From Eledone cirrhosa (Eukaryota): DNA of 64,000 nt. Position numbers and translations under genes: made by a program. The DNA lies in assembly GCA_964016885.1 (NCBI GenBank), contig OZ024747.1, positions 84,382,001 to 84,446,000 on the forward strand, read 5' to 3'. A model generated the notes under the pieces. It did no database searches, was not told the origin of the DNA, and saw only the letters and a program-made list of their open reading frames with translations. Shown one piece after another: positions 1 to 13,104 of the stretch (position 1 is its first letter; the number at the start of each line of letters is the position of its first letter).

Positions 1-1317
1 GAAGAATGATAAAACATACAGGATTAAATAAAAGTAACTATTTACAGGAACAAATGTAGGGTTAAAACCCAGGACATTGTGATTGGAAAATGAACTTCTT
101 ATTGTAGCAATATGACTGATCTACGAAATGCATTGTGTATGTGTGTGGTAAAAGAGTTACAGATGGATATATATATACACACACGCCTGTGGTGTATTAT
201 GGTTGATACAGAGAGAAAGGGGTTAGAGAGGGAGATAGACAATATTGTTGACAGAAGATACATTGTAGAACATTTGTGTTCCTTGAGTCTATTATTTTGA
301 AGCTGATGTATCTGTGATGTAAAAGTCTGTCACACTGTGGAAAGGGGATGATAAGAGTGCGTGTGATAAAGAGAGAGAGAAATGGTGGTGGTGGCCATAG
401 CAATGCCAATATTTTTCTTTCAATCTCACATCATCATCATCACTGTTTTACGTCCATTTTCAACACTATCATGGATTAGACGTGTTGTCCTGTTATGGGC
501 AATGCGAGGTCAGGTGACCATGTCTTGTTCATACAGAACTGATCCTGGCTTGGTTTCTTGGAAAAGAAATAATGGTAAGAGAGAGAGAGAGAGTGAGTGG
601 TGGCAGTAATGGTGATATCCCAATCTTTTTCAAGCCTATGCTGTATGACAAATGTTTATCTTCAAGTTATAAACAAATAAAATATTCCATTTTGGTGGTT
701 TCATCATTTGTAAATATATTTTATGTTGTATATATGTAATTAAGTACTGTATATATAGTGTCATCATCAAAGTTATAAATAAAACATTTAAAATGCTATA
801 GTGATCTTTAATACTTGGTGATTGTTTGTAATTAAACTATAGAATTTCTAGGTCAGCTTGATTTGAATGAAAATTTTAGAACGTTTTTCTGAGGTCACAG
901 CATTCATGTGACAAAATAAAAATTCTATACAATCCTTATTATAGAAGAGATTCCTTGATCTTATAGCTGGAAGGCTGATATTAATACTTCAAAGCCTGCT
1001 TGTCTTTGTTACAAGTTAGGCCTTTCATCTGTTATAAGAATATAACTACCAGGTAGTATAATATGCTTAGACCAATCAATGATATGTCCCTTTATATATT
1101 CCACAAAATCCCTTGTGATTAATCAGAAGAAATCAGTAATATTTATTTATTAGAGTGGTAGTTATTTTATACTATCTAGATTCATACCCACCCCACCAAC
1201 CTTTATGATCCAATCCTCCCCCCCCCCCCCCCCCCGGATGTTTTAAGTATGAATGATAAAACCTGGTATTTGACATCTGTAAGCTATTTCTAACTCCTTG
1301 TCAGAGATACAAACATG

Positions 1318-1490
1318 ACTATGGTTAAAAAGTCTGCTTTGCAACCATGTGGTTCTCAATTCAATCACAGAATTGAGGTTCACCACTAACACACATATTA
1401 CATTGTATAGTGCCTCATGTTAACCAATACCTTGTGAATGGATTTTAGTAGAGGAGACACTACCAAAGCCTGTAGTGTATGTGTTTAGCA
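1318..1490 (+). mobile_element. Degenerate tRNA-derived SINE
   Basis: atggttaaaaagtctgctttgcaaccatgtggttctcaattcaatc...ccaataccttgtgaatggattttagtagaggagacac is collinear with the copy at 10525-10690 and has a tRNA-like head. Confidence 0.5.
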
Positions 1491-2309
1491 AGCTTTCTAT
1501 GGCTTAATGGCCTTCTTATCACCAACTTTACAGCATGTACTGGGTGCATTTATTGTGTAGATCATCAACACTAGAGGGGTTGTCATGCTGTGACACAACT
1601 GAAGGGTCCACTCAACCACTTTTAGGCATGGTTTCTACAGCAGTGTGACCTTCCTGTTGCCAACCACCTTACAGGGTGTACCAGATGCATTTTCATGGCA
1701 CCAATATTAGAGAGGTTGTTAGTTCTTGTTTTAGTGGAAGAGCCCTCTCTGCTCTGTGGGAAGGAGAGAAGGGAGATAAATATGAAGTTGTGGTAAGTGT
1801 GGTGTGATTTGACAGGGGGATGAGTAGGGAAGGGATGAAGTAGTAAGATCACTGGGAAATAGTAGTGGGGGCATGGATGGCACACACCATCGCCATTTTG
1901 TCCTGTGTAGTTGGGATATACTGCCTTGACTGGGGTGTAGTCTGCCCACTTCCTTACTTCCATTATTTAAATTTTCTTTTTCATGGAATAAACTGAAGTG
2001 ACAATAGAAATAATCACCCAGTGCTAGATCTGAGCTATCTCTTGACTGCTGTAACTGTTTGTTAGTTTCAAATACTACATCATTGTTCTGTATGTGAAAA
2101 GGTTAAACCAAAGAATAAGTAACATATTTTCAAAGTGAAATGTTATATAATGCAACTCTTCAGATCTTTTAATGTTATAAATTTAGCTCAAGTAGTAGAG
2201 TGACTGAAGTTAAAGGTTTAGGACTATAACTACATACATAATCTTGTTCAACATTGCTTATGTGTGTGTAGCATATTTTAAACACTTTTTTTTTTTTTTT
2301 TTTTACTGC

Positions 2310-2493
2310 TTAACCTTTTAGCATTTACATATATTTTCATGGTAAAGGCTTTACCTCACATAATATCAAATCTATGAGATTTTGAAAGTATTTATTTTGA
2401 GAACAATACCTTATCAGTTTGAGCAACCCGTTATAGCCAGTTTTAACAGAAAGAGGTAGAGAATTGTGGCCGGTTTGAACATTAAAGGGTTAA
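2310..2493. mobile_element. Short MITE with TTAA-CCC(T)-type ends (piggyBac-like)
   Basis: Begins ttaaccttttagcattta and ends ttgaacattaaagggttaa. Imperfect TIRs are bounded by TTAA on both sides. Confidence 0.5.
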
Positions 2494-3029
2494 TCAGAGA
2501 ATGAAAACTGACTATCATGAAGAAGGTATTCTCAAACAGGATGACTGGCTTGAATGCTTGGAACAGAATGAATTTTGCTAAAGACATCTAAGGCCATGGT
2601 GTTAAACTGGGAGACAAATTAAGCCGACTATTCAAGTAGATCACAGCAAGTTGTAGAAGATTCCTGGTTATATTTGAAAATGTTAGTTGGACAGTCTGCT
2701 TTACAGTTTTCTGTTTGCGCTTCTGCCTGATATTGTCAAGCTTCAAATTTCCATCTCTATACTTTAAACTTTTCAATATCAACCCACCCGAGCTGCTATG
2801 GAACAAAACCATCCATTTTAAATTAAAATCTTCCATCTCATATGAGAACCAATTGTCATGTTAGAAATACCATCTTAATAATTGAAATAATCTTAGTAAA
2901 TTACGCCAAATTCTTCTATAATTCAAATACAGTGTTTTATTAGAAATATGAAAATGAAACGTGAAGTTGTGTGAGTTAGGGAATCAAACCCACAATATTA
3001 GATTGTAAGTCTAACTGTGCTGTCTGTTA

Positions 3030-3190
3030 TATCCTTGAGTAAAATACTTCATCTCACATTGCTCCAATATACTCAGCTGAAAATGAGAAACCAGCAAAGC
3101 TGACTTTAGTGGGATTCAAACTCAAAATGTAAAGAACCAGAATAAATACTGCAAAGCATTTTGTCCAACACTAATGACTCTGCTAATCAA
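3030..3190. mobile_element. Two SINE fragments (core-domain fragment on +, tRNA-like head on -)
   Basis: ccttgagtaaaatacttcatctcacattgctccaatatactcagctgaaaatgag matches 21677-21733. It is followed by gggattcaaactc, a reverse B-box-like sequence. Confidence 0.45.
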
Positions 3191-4611
3191 ACTCTTGTAA
3201 AATAATGCATTTCTTCTCATCATCCATTTTATTTATCTACAAATATTTTACAGGAAGACAGGATGCATTGTCATACAGGAATACCAAATATTTGCTGTTG
3301 ATAGCACTTTGTGAGTTACTTTAACCAGTTTCCTGCCTAAATCTCTTGTTGACAGAAATCAATGTCTGACCATCTGGTAAAAATGTTTTACTTACTCTTC
3401 AAAAATAAAACATTTTCAAATGTTTATTTTTTTAAATCATAAGATAAGACAGACCTTTTCCTTTTTGTGCCAGTTGTCATTGAGACCTCAAATTTCCTAT
3501 CTCCAGACTGCCAAATCAGGAAGAGAGCACCAGGTATTACTGGCTGTTCTTCAAAGCAACACTTTTATCACTTGTCCATAGGGGGCACAACTGAAATATA
3601 CTGTCCAGCCAAGACTAGAGTTTCCCCCCCTTCCTTCTCCCTTTTTTTTTTTGTCATGATATAAATGCATTTAATCATTTAACTTGACATTTAGCAACAC
3701 AACAATGTATTGAACTTCAAATATTTGTGAATTACAGATGCTGAGATAGTTTTGTTTGTTTTTATGTTTGATAGGTTATTTTTGCAGAAGATATTGAATA
3801 TCAAGCACTAGTTTGGTAATATATATATATTACAAGATAGTTATAACCTTTCTAGGTTCTCATGAAGGGCTTTGTTTTCAAGAGTGAGTGTGATATTTTG
3901 TTTTTTCCTGAACCCCAACACCCTGCCAAATGATCCAAGATATAGTTAAGTAGCTAACGGTAACCTTTTCATTTCTCTCTCACACACACACACAGACAGA
4001 CAGACAGAGATTGCAAATATGCGGTTGTTTTAAAATATCTGTTTTTAAATTTATATATTTATTAATCTGGGAATCTTTTTATAACTTTAGAATATTCTTT
4101 TTTGATTGATCCAAGAAATATATTTCCAGCAATTTCCCATTTAAAAAATTGCTTTACTGAATAGAACTTGAAAATTTCTAGTTATTTCAATTTAGAAATG
4201 TTTATATATTTCAAAACCTTTTCCAACAGATTTTCTAATCTTTTAGTTTTAATGAAATTCAAATATTTGGTGTTTGAAGCATACTTTCTCATAAAATTAT
4301 AATATAATGCATTTAGATAAATAGAAACACTTTCAGACACTTTGGTAACAAAAGGGTTAATCTGATTAAGTAAATTATATTAGCAAGTTAAATGTGGTTT
4401 AAATTTTTTCAATTAATATTGAATTATTACTTTACAAAACAAGTGCTATATTTTATAAGAAATAATTTTTTAAATCCTTAAAATTTGTTTTAGCATCACA
4501 TCACCAACACTACTCTAGTGTGTGGTGTGGTGTGCGGTGTGTGTGTGTGTGCATATCATCATAATTGTTTTTATGTCCACATTTTCAGTGCATATATACA
4601 CATGTACAAAC

Positions 4612-4904
4612 TTAACCCTTTTGTTACTGGATATCTAATGACATACATTATATTTCATTTAATGGCAGATTTGGAAGAATTTATTAAAAAATATAAATCA
4701 TTTCATTAACTATTTCATTGCCATATTTCTAATGAAAAACACTATTACTTTCATCAAATAATCATAGTAAAATAATTCATTATTAAGCTAGTATTTGAAA
4801 CAGAATTTAGAAGTTCTTACATAAAATTATGATAGGTTTTTAGATAAATATAGACACTTTAGAATAAACAGTTTTGTAGCATAGTTTGGTATCAAAAGGG
4901 TTAA
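4612..4904. mobile_element. piggyBac-like MITE with TTAA TSD
   Basis: Left end ttaacccttttgttac and right end gtatcaaaagggttaa differ by one mismatch in 16. Extra orphan right ends lie at about 4344-4360 and 5030-5046. Confidence 0.6.
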
Positions 4905-7823
4905 AATAATATTTGTAACTTAGCATATGCTTCTTATATAAAATTATGGCAGAAAATTTTAATTAAAAAAGGAAGCCTTTAAAATGGGTGGTTTTATTTC
5001 ATATAACCAGAGCCAGCTTTGGCCAGGTTGGTATCAAAAGGGTTAAATATTAATTGCTTTATTCTTTTAATATTCATAAAAACATAACATCGATTTTTAA
5101 AAAGCAACAGTTTAAAAAAATACAAAAAAAAAAAAAAAACGAAATTAAAAACAAAACGCAGTTGGAAATTTCATTGTTATGTCAAAGTAACATGTTTTAT
5201 TGTGTGGGCCAAATATCATCTGTGGAGACAAAGAGACTAAATTTGAAATAACTCGAGCAAACAAGCTTGTTCATGCACACAGACACACACATATATACAC
5301 ACACAGCCACCCACACAAATAAATAAATAAAAACCAGACAAAACAAAAAGCATAGTCCAATATTTGAACAGCAACCGATACCAGGATGAAGATATGGCTG
5401 TGAGACTTGTTGCAGAAATAGCCTGCAGGCTAGCTAGTCAGATACCACTGACATTAAGATTGTCACATCAGGACAGGAGGAGGGGAAAAAAATATAAGCC
5501 CAAGGTTAGAAACTTAACTCATAGAAGAACATTTGTCCAAATTGTTTAAAATGCACATGTACTAAAGAAATCATCATTATTATTATTATTATTAGGTTTG
5601 TGATATTCTTATTAGTCCATCTACCCAATTAATAATAACTGAAATTAAATATTTATTGCACAACTAATTATGGCTTACTTACTAGTCACACATGTTCTTA
5701 TATAATCCATAATTATGATCCATACTTCCTACACAATTGAAAAAAAAACAAAAGATCCCTGTGTGTGTGTGAGAGACTGAAAGTAAACCCAAATACTATA
5801 CTCTGTCAGTGCTTATTGTAACAGGAAATCTTGCTATTACTAATCTGGTGAACAAGAAAGCTAAATAGTGGCCTGTGGTTATGTGTAGTAGGTGTGTAGA
5901 GCAGAAAAGCAATCTGTGCTGCCAAAATACAAACCAACAGATCAGAACAGTATTTGGTCCATGGTACTCTTGGATAAAGAGCAATGAGACAAGGACAAGG
6001 AGTTTATGGTTAGTGTATCTTATATAAAAACAACAGTAATTTCAAAGACTTCTAGCATGTTATAGTTAGCTCTGACAGAACAAGTAAGCATTCATTTAAG
6101 AGTGTAATAAACTAGGGATGTATATATCAATGTGGTTGTTGTAAGACATATGTTAATATATCCTTTATGGGCTACTAACATGATCTGATAACAGACCTCT
6201 ATACATACAGTAAGGGATAATTTGTTTTGTTCTATACCAGTAAAGGTAACTACTTGTAATACAAGTTTCACCCAGGAACTTTTTATTGATATAGAATAAT
6301 ACACATGTACACACACACACACGCACAAGTATGTCATGTTATGAAGTTGTTGCACATTTGAAGATGTTCTAAGTGATATACTCTGCCCCTCATCATATAT
6401 TAAACTCTCACTCATTGTCCCTAACTATTTGCTAGCAAATGACAAAGTCCACACTCTGATCAACCATCATGAATGATGAGTTGATCAGCAGTATAAGTGA
6501 GAGCAGCGAACTAGGGTTTGTATGTAAATGCCTGGAGCAGCATATCTAACAAGAGTCAGTAGAGGGATCCTCCACTAGATATGTTTAGATTGCTGCCATG
6601 GCTGAAGGAACTGAAGATTTTATACTGTACACTATTAAAATATAAATCATATAAAGTGCCCCGAAAATTCTATACTGAAATGTAGGAAATGATTTCCTAA
6701 ATTAAGGATGATGATGATGATGATGATGAAGGGAATTCACTTTAATGGTGATGATGGATGCTACTGGCATGATGAATCAAAGAATATATATTTCAATAAC
6801 GAAAGTTTGAAGAAAAGAGGGCCTTTTTAATTTATGGAGTAACCCTTCATTTTTAAACACGGGAGTTAAAGTTCCGAAAGTAAAGGGTATTTGGAAATTT
6901 AAAAACAACAACAAAACACCTCCTAAAACAAAACTAAATAAAAAATAAATACAAATGATAGCTTTAAAATAATTGTGACTTTTCGAAGATTTGATGGCGG
7001 ACGGCTAATAAACTCAATATTTTGTAGGAGGAATAACTCAATACTTTAAAGAAAATCTCGAAACAGTTCAATTCAAAGTATAAGTGAAAAAATAATAATA
7101 GTTGTAAGACAACTCTTCGAACCACAGTTGAAATTATCTGGGAGAAATGGCTGTGCTATTTGAAAGGAGATGTAAAACACATAATCCACATACATACATT
7201 CCTACACACATACACACAATCTGGTACAGAGACACAGTGGTGGTAGTAGTTAGTAGAGTTATGTTGTCATTAGACATCATTTGCTAATAAATAATTTGGA
7301 CAATGCAAAATGGAACAAATTTGTGCAGAGACAGAAAGAATTTGTGGAGAGAAAGAGAAAGAGTAAGAGAGAGAAAGGGGACACAGAAAAGGAGAAAACA
7401 ATGCACCGATATGAGGGGAAGTGCACTTTGGTGTTGACAACTGACACAGTCCCCGTTTATTTTAAGCCCAACTATGTCACACACTGACCTTTTATATAAC
7501 ATACCAATTACCAGTGCCATTTATTAAGGAAACAGAACCCATTTCACTTGAAGAAAAAGCAGAGATACAATTTGCCTTCAGGTTCAGAGACAAACACAGT
7601 CTAAAAATTAATATTCTTCCAATATGAAAAAACATCATCTTTTAGCTAAAACTCCTGTTTAATTTTTTTTTTTTTCATTTGCGTATTTAATTTACAGAAA
7701 AAATTAAATACTATTTTTGAAATTTAGTTTTGAAGCTGAAAATAGCAACATGTGATGAAACATAGTAAGTTGGAGGAGGGTTGGGGAGAGCTTAAAAATC
7801 TACTGAGTAGATAGAAAAATTAC

Positions 7824-8741
7824 TCAGTCAGTTTTCACATTCTGATTTCTGAAATCATTTTCATACTCAACAAAGTCATCAAATAGACTCGGCCAAGCTT
7901 CTGTGTCATCATATGCGGATAGATCATCCCCAACTTGTTCAGTGAAATTTAAGAACATGTCCCAGGTGTCTTTTGGAATGCCTCTGATATCAGGATGCTT
8001 GTCAAGGAAATCTAGCCAATGCTTAAGTATTGGAGGTTCTGTCCGAGTGAATATAAGTTTCCAAAGAATTATAGCCATATCTATTGGCAAAGTCCTCTGC
8101 CCAGACTCCAGTCCAAATTTGTACGTCCATCGATAGAAATCTCGAAAAATCTGTTTGTTTTGAACTTCTAAGAGAAGGTCATTGAATTTAGAGCGAATCC
8201 CTTTGACAGAATCAACTTTGAGACATTTACAACCATGTACAAACTCCTCTCGTGTAAAGCAGCACATTGTTTCAGCTTGGAATTTCCAAGCCAAAATCAA
8301 CACAATGAATTCTTCAGGTTTTACATCCAGGTCCTTGCAAAATGTTTCAATTCCTTCGGCAAGAATCATATCATGGCTAATATCACGATAAGTTTCAAAC
8401 AACGTATGAATATCCTGCTCAGAGTAATCTCTGCAGAGCAAAGACAAACGTTTGCTGTCTCCATTGGCTTGTTTTTTAATGGGTGGGATTTTGGAGTAGG
8501 TGGGAAACATTTTTTTGCTCGATGCTTCAGCTGAAGATAGATTTGTTGTTTTGCTTGAGCTGCTATGTTGAGATTTGTAGTTAGCACTTGAGGTTTGCGA
8601 ACGTTTAGCTTCCTTTGATTGACTAATTTCTTGGGTTTTATTGTTGTCGCCCCCACCAACAGCAAGTCCACTAAGGTTGTCATCACAGGAAGAACTAGAA
8701 CTGGAGTTAACTGGCTCACAACAAGACAAGCACTTCCCCAT
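7824..8741 (-). CDS. DCUN1D3: DCN1-like protein 3 (cullin neddylation co-E3, PONY/Cullin-binding domain)
   Basis: 305-aa ORF. It has the N-terminal MGKCLSCC myristoylation/palmitoylation-type motif and a Ser-rich linker. The DCN1 core motifs are ILAEGIETFCKDLDVKPEEFIVLILAWKFQAETMCCFTREEF, GQRTLPIDMAIILWKLIF and IPKDTWDMFLNF...YDDTEAWPSLFDDFVEY. The lipidation-type N-terminus replacing a UBA domain is the DCUN1D3 subfamily signature. Confidence 0.93.
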   Translation of the reverse strand: MGKCLSCCEPVNSSSSSSCDDNLSGLAVGGGDNNKTQEISQSKEAKRSQTSSANYKSQHSSSSKTTNLSSAEASSKKMFPTYSKIPPIKKQANGDSKRLSLLCRDYSEQDIHTLFETYRDISHDMILAEGIETFCKDLDVKPEEFIVLILAWKFQAETMCCFTREEFVHGCKCLKVDSVKGIRSKFNDLLLEVQNKQIFRDFYRWTYKFGLESGQRTLPIDMAIILWKLIFTRTEPPILKHWLDFLDKHPDIRGIPKDTWDMFLNFTEQVGDDLSAYDDTEAWPSLFDDFVEYENDFRNQNVKTD

Positions 8742-8785
8742 TAGAACAGGCTCAAACTAAACAGTTCTTGGTAGGGGTTTCAAGC

Positions 8786-8818
8786 CTGCAAAATGAAAAT
8801 AAAATAAAACAAAAATAT
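8786..8818 (-). other. 3' splice site (polypyrimidine tract + CAG) preceding the DCUN1D3 coding exon
   Basis: Minus strand reads atatttttgttttattttattttcattttgcAG|gcttgaaac. The exon would start at 8785, 44 nt before the ATG at 8741. This implies at least one non-coding exon further right. Confidence 0.75.
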
Positions 8819-9499
8819 TATATCATGAGATTACACAGCTTTTCATAAACATTTTTCTATTTTCAATAAATGTTTATAAATATACATTATCAAAAAGTAA
8901 AAATTTAACAGAAAATATCTAAAAGCAGGTTAATTCAAATGTTTATGGAATCTATACAAGTGGACAGATTGTTGTAAACATTTGCAATAAACTGAAGACT
9001 TTAATTTTAATATAACACAGATTCATGTGGTACAAGGTGTTTGAAAGTAACTTTATCAGACATATCTCAGGTTCTAACAGACAAACATCAATGATTCAAT
9101 ATATTACACTGTTTTTCTCAGAGAATAATTCCTAAGAAATACAAATTGTTTGACTGATGCATTGTCATGCTTTCATCATGTAAGGGTCAAATTTTAAACT
9201 GTGTTCCAAAAACATACCAATATAACAAGTGTTTTAAGGCCATCTCTGCTAAAGCAGAGGATTAGTCTTGTGGACCACATGACAAACTTCTCCATTTCTC
9301 CAAATAATCTGCACCCCTCCCCTCACCAAACCCCTGGTTTACATTTCCTTTTCCTCCATCATTTGAAAATCCATAGGTTGTCTTATTATAAGTATGGTAA
9401 TGAAAAGGTTTACTATTTCCAATCTCCAACCACCACAACCAAAATTGAAGGCAATACAAAATATCTAATTTTCATATCTATTTATAATTGTTTCTATTT

Positions 9500-9595
9500 T
9501 TAGGCACAAGGCCAGCAATTACCCAGTACATTACTGGTACTTTATTTTATCGACCCCGTAAGGATGAAAGGTAAAGTTAACCTCGGCGGGATTCT
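9500..9595 (-). mobile_element. Internal fragment of a tRNA-derived core SINE
   Basis: The reverse complement reads aatcccgccgaggttaactttacctttcatccttacggggtcgataaaataaagtaccagtaatgtactgggt. This resembles a Nin/Deu-type SINE core, recognised from memory of cephalopod SINEs and not database-checked. Confidence 0.5.
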
Positions 9596-10524
9596 ATTTA
9601 TAATATTCACTTATCTGATGTGGTCATTTGGAAAAAATGTTACAAACCCAATAGAACTACTAAATGTCAACATGTCATTCTATTCCTTAGTTATGTTTAG
9701 ACAGCAAGGAATTATTCTAAATTATATTTTAAAAAAAATAAATGAATAAAATAATGAATGTTTGTAGTTGTCATAGTTTGAGTTTATATGACTGGGCAGT
9801 AGGACAGATGCCCTTCTTTACCTAAGGTTCAAAGATAGCCAATAAGAGTAATCCTAGATATATGTTTTAGTTTAGTCCAATAGCACACTGTACACTGTAA
9901 TATGCAAACGTTAGTATGGTGGGGCCTCATGACATATTTTTCCATTTTGCCATATCTGTCAGCATTTCTTCTCTCTAATACCTTGACTTTCATTTCCTCC
10001 TCCACCACCATCAGCTATGTTTTTTTTAGTTATCCTATTCCTCTACTTCCTTCTACATTCATTTGCATCACTTTGCTTACTCAGTCACTTTCATTCTTCT
10101 TCAACACATGACTCAGACACCTCATAAAAGATTGTAAAACTTATGAATTCTAGAAAACAAATAACAGAAGAAATTTGATTAAGGTCTCATTCCTGCACAT
10201 GCATACAATTTTATACAGTCAACTTTTGCATAAATTATTATAACAGGAGGCAATCTTATCAAGGTTGAATTCATTTTTTAGATAATCATTTTTATATTTA
10301 CATATGCAACAGTCATAGTTTTAGCATTTAATGACATTTTTTTCTGATGCAGATAAAACAGTTGTTATTCAGAAAATATTAAAATAGATAAACTGACAGT
10401 TACAGAACATTGACCTATCAAGCAAAATAAAGGTTTTTAAATACTGACCTCAAGCTAGTTTAAACAAGAATGAATAGCAATTAATAAATAGCATGGGTTG
10501 AATGAACCTGGAAATTCTTGAATA

Positions 10525-10690
10525 GGTGCCGACATGGATATGTGGTTAATGAGTTAGCTTCACAATTATGTGGTCTCAAGTTCATTCTCACTGTGTGGCA
10601 CCCTGGGTGAATTCTATATGCTTAGGGTGACCAATGACTTGAGTAAAATTTGGTAGATTGAAAATTTGTGAAAGTCAAGTGTGCATGTGT
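10525..10690 (+). mobile_element. Degenerate tRNA-derived SINE
   Basis: tgtggttaatgagttagcttcacaattatgtggtctcaagttcattctcactgtgtggcaccctgggt has A/B-box-like spacing. It is homologous to 1318-1490 and ends in (TG)/(TA). Confidence 0.5.
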
Positions 10691-11251
10691 ATATATATAT
10701 ATCATCATCATCACTTCATGTCCGCCTTTCCCTGCTTATATATAGGTCAGGCTTCTGCTTGCTACTGGTACCATGTATCCCAGTACAACCTGCTTCATGG
10801 TCAAGAGATTGGCAACTAAACTAGTTCCCAGACTAGACCCTGGTCTGGTGAGGAGGGTAAGTGGAACCCCAGCAGCACAAAAAATGTTATGCATTTGCTG
10901 TTATGAGAACAGTATCTTCAGATGAAAAGCCGATTTTGTGATATGCTGCAAGCAAAAAAACACATCCTTCTACGAGTGCGCCCGGCTGCATACATAAAGT
11001 ATCCACCCGGTCCACCATATAGGGTGGTTGGCGTTTAGGAAAGGCAGCTAGCCATAGAAAAAGAAAAGTAAAAAACCGAACATACGAATAAGACACAATC
11101 CAAGACCTGTTTGACCTCATAACACAACATCTCATCTAAACATGCAAGCATAGAATATAGATGTTGAATGGCGATGATGATGATATACATATTTTACAAG
11201 GGGAATATTGCATTTCTATGTGCATGTGCAATAGACTTCTTGATTCAAACA

Positions 11252-11490
11252 AATGTTCTAGTTGTTCAAACAACAGAACAGCCTGCTCATGAAATCAATA
11301 TGCAAGTGGCTGAGCATTCTGGACATGAGTACCCATAACATCATTCTAAGAGAGATTCAGTGGGATAGTGGGTGACAAGGTTGGCCTTTTGAATTACAGG
11401 CACAACTCCCTTTTTCCATCTGAGTGAACTAGAACAACATGAAATAATGTGTATCACGAGCTGAGTGTCCTCACTACTAAGCTATGTGGC
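11252..11490 (-). mobile_element. tRNA-derived SINE (same family as 21592)
   Basis: ctgagtgaactagaacaacatgaaataatgtgt is the reverse complement of the 21686-21722 core. Its body is shared with 11972-12245. Confidence 0.55.
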
Positions 11491-11971
11491 TTTATGCCCT
11501 CCTTTATACTAAATCAACTGTCATCTATTTTCCAGCTACAAAGGTCAAGGCACAAAGAACGACACAGCTAAATGTAGATGAAATGTTGAAAACATTTTCT
11601 AAGAACATTTGGCATTAAACTAGTTTTCATGTGGTAGTGGTAATAGAGAAACATTTGAGGAGGGTTTTATTTAAAATTGTAAATGTGTTAACATGGCTAT
11701 ATTAATGTTTCTCTCAATCTCTCACTACCCAGAACGTGATAGTATATTATTAATAGCTATGACACAATAGTAAAACTATGAGCACAAACAACTAAAAGTG
11801 TAAACAATATTGAATTTCACCATAACATTGAATAAGATTGTAGAATTCCCCAAACATGTGTCAAAGAATTATTTACCAAGAGCTAAAAAAACTAGACTAA
11901 TGCAATTCATAGAAAATGATGTATGTGGGTGTGTACACTATAATACTGGAATGGACCTCAGTCATTTTTGA

Positions 11972-12245
11972 TGATGAGTGTTCCAGTTGCTAGATCAACA
12001 GAACAGCCTGCTTGTGAGATTATGTGCAAGTGGCTAAGTATTCTACATGCACACGTACACAATGTAGTTTCAGGGTGCCAGAAAACAGTGTATTACAGGT
12101 ATAGTCCAAACCCAATTTTACTCACAGGGCTTGAGATGGCCTGTGGCTATGGTAAATAACATTTGCTCAAGAGTTCACGCAGTGAGATCAAACCTGAGAC
12201 CTTGTGATTGTGAAGTGAACTTCTTAACTATTAGGCCATACTGTG
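11972..12245 (-). mobile_element. tRNA-derived SINE
   Basis: tcaacagaacagcctgcttgtgagattatgtgcaagtggctaagtattctac matches 11270-11320. A reverse tRNA-like head lies at about 12185-12240. Confidence 0.5.
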
Positions 12246-13104
12246 TCCACACTATAATACTATTAGAAGTATTAAAGATAACCAATACAGACAGTAAACA
12301 TGGGCTTCTAGCAAACTGAACCCATAATGATATTTCAATCTCCAGTTGTAGCCCATTTCATGCCACTAATCTCTATGGAAATGGCATGGGAACTGTAGCT
12401 CGGGTTTATCATGCTTCATCTGGAGAAATTATTTTACTATGTCCTCCCTATTATTGCTTGATTGTAAATAGAGGAAGATTGAAAATCCCTTAGCAGAATT
12501 TACAGAAATGAAAGCATGCTGACAATCTTTACAATATAATTAATCCTGCAAATGTCAAATGCCATTATATAATAAACAATTTACATTGGTGCTGACATCT
12601 CACACGACATCCTGATTTTGCTGATTATTTAGAAAAAAAGTAAACTGATCCTATGTAACCTACTTTTCATACAGAGTGGTATATTCCATTTGGATTTGCC
12701 CTAAAGAAACATGAATTATAAATAGCTGATATGTTTTATGTAAATCAATATCAGCCAACTGCAGAGAGGGTACTGCAATATCTTGTCTATCAATATCTAT
12801 ACATTTTAAACACAAATATAAAATAAATATTTATGCCAGACCATATTTGTGTCCTTTGATTAGGACTCAATGACTGAAATGCATAAGGATAATCTGTTAT
12901 GTTTTTCTGCATATGAAAGAATAGTTAAAAGTATTTACATTTCACATGTCTTTCTTTTCAGTGCAGACTTCTAATTAAAAAAAAATGGTTATAGCTACTT
13001 TATGTTTAATCTCCAATTAACTGATATTGGTCATATTTATTTCCTTATGCAAACATAATTTATTCATTATATAACATTCATTAATGCATTTGTTTATTTG
13101 CAAA

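Noticed and set aside
112-7520. Short ORFs of 60-113 aa downstream of DCUN1D3
   Set aside because: They have no recognisable domains and overlap SINEs and simple repeats. Their lengths are consistent with chance.
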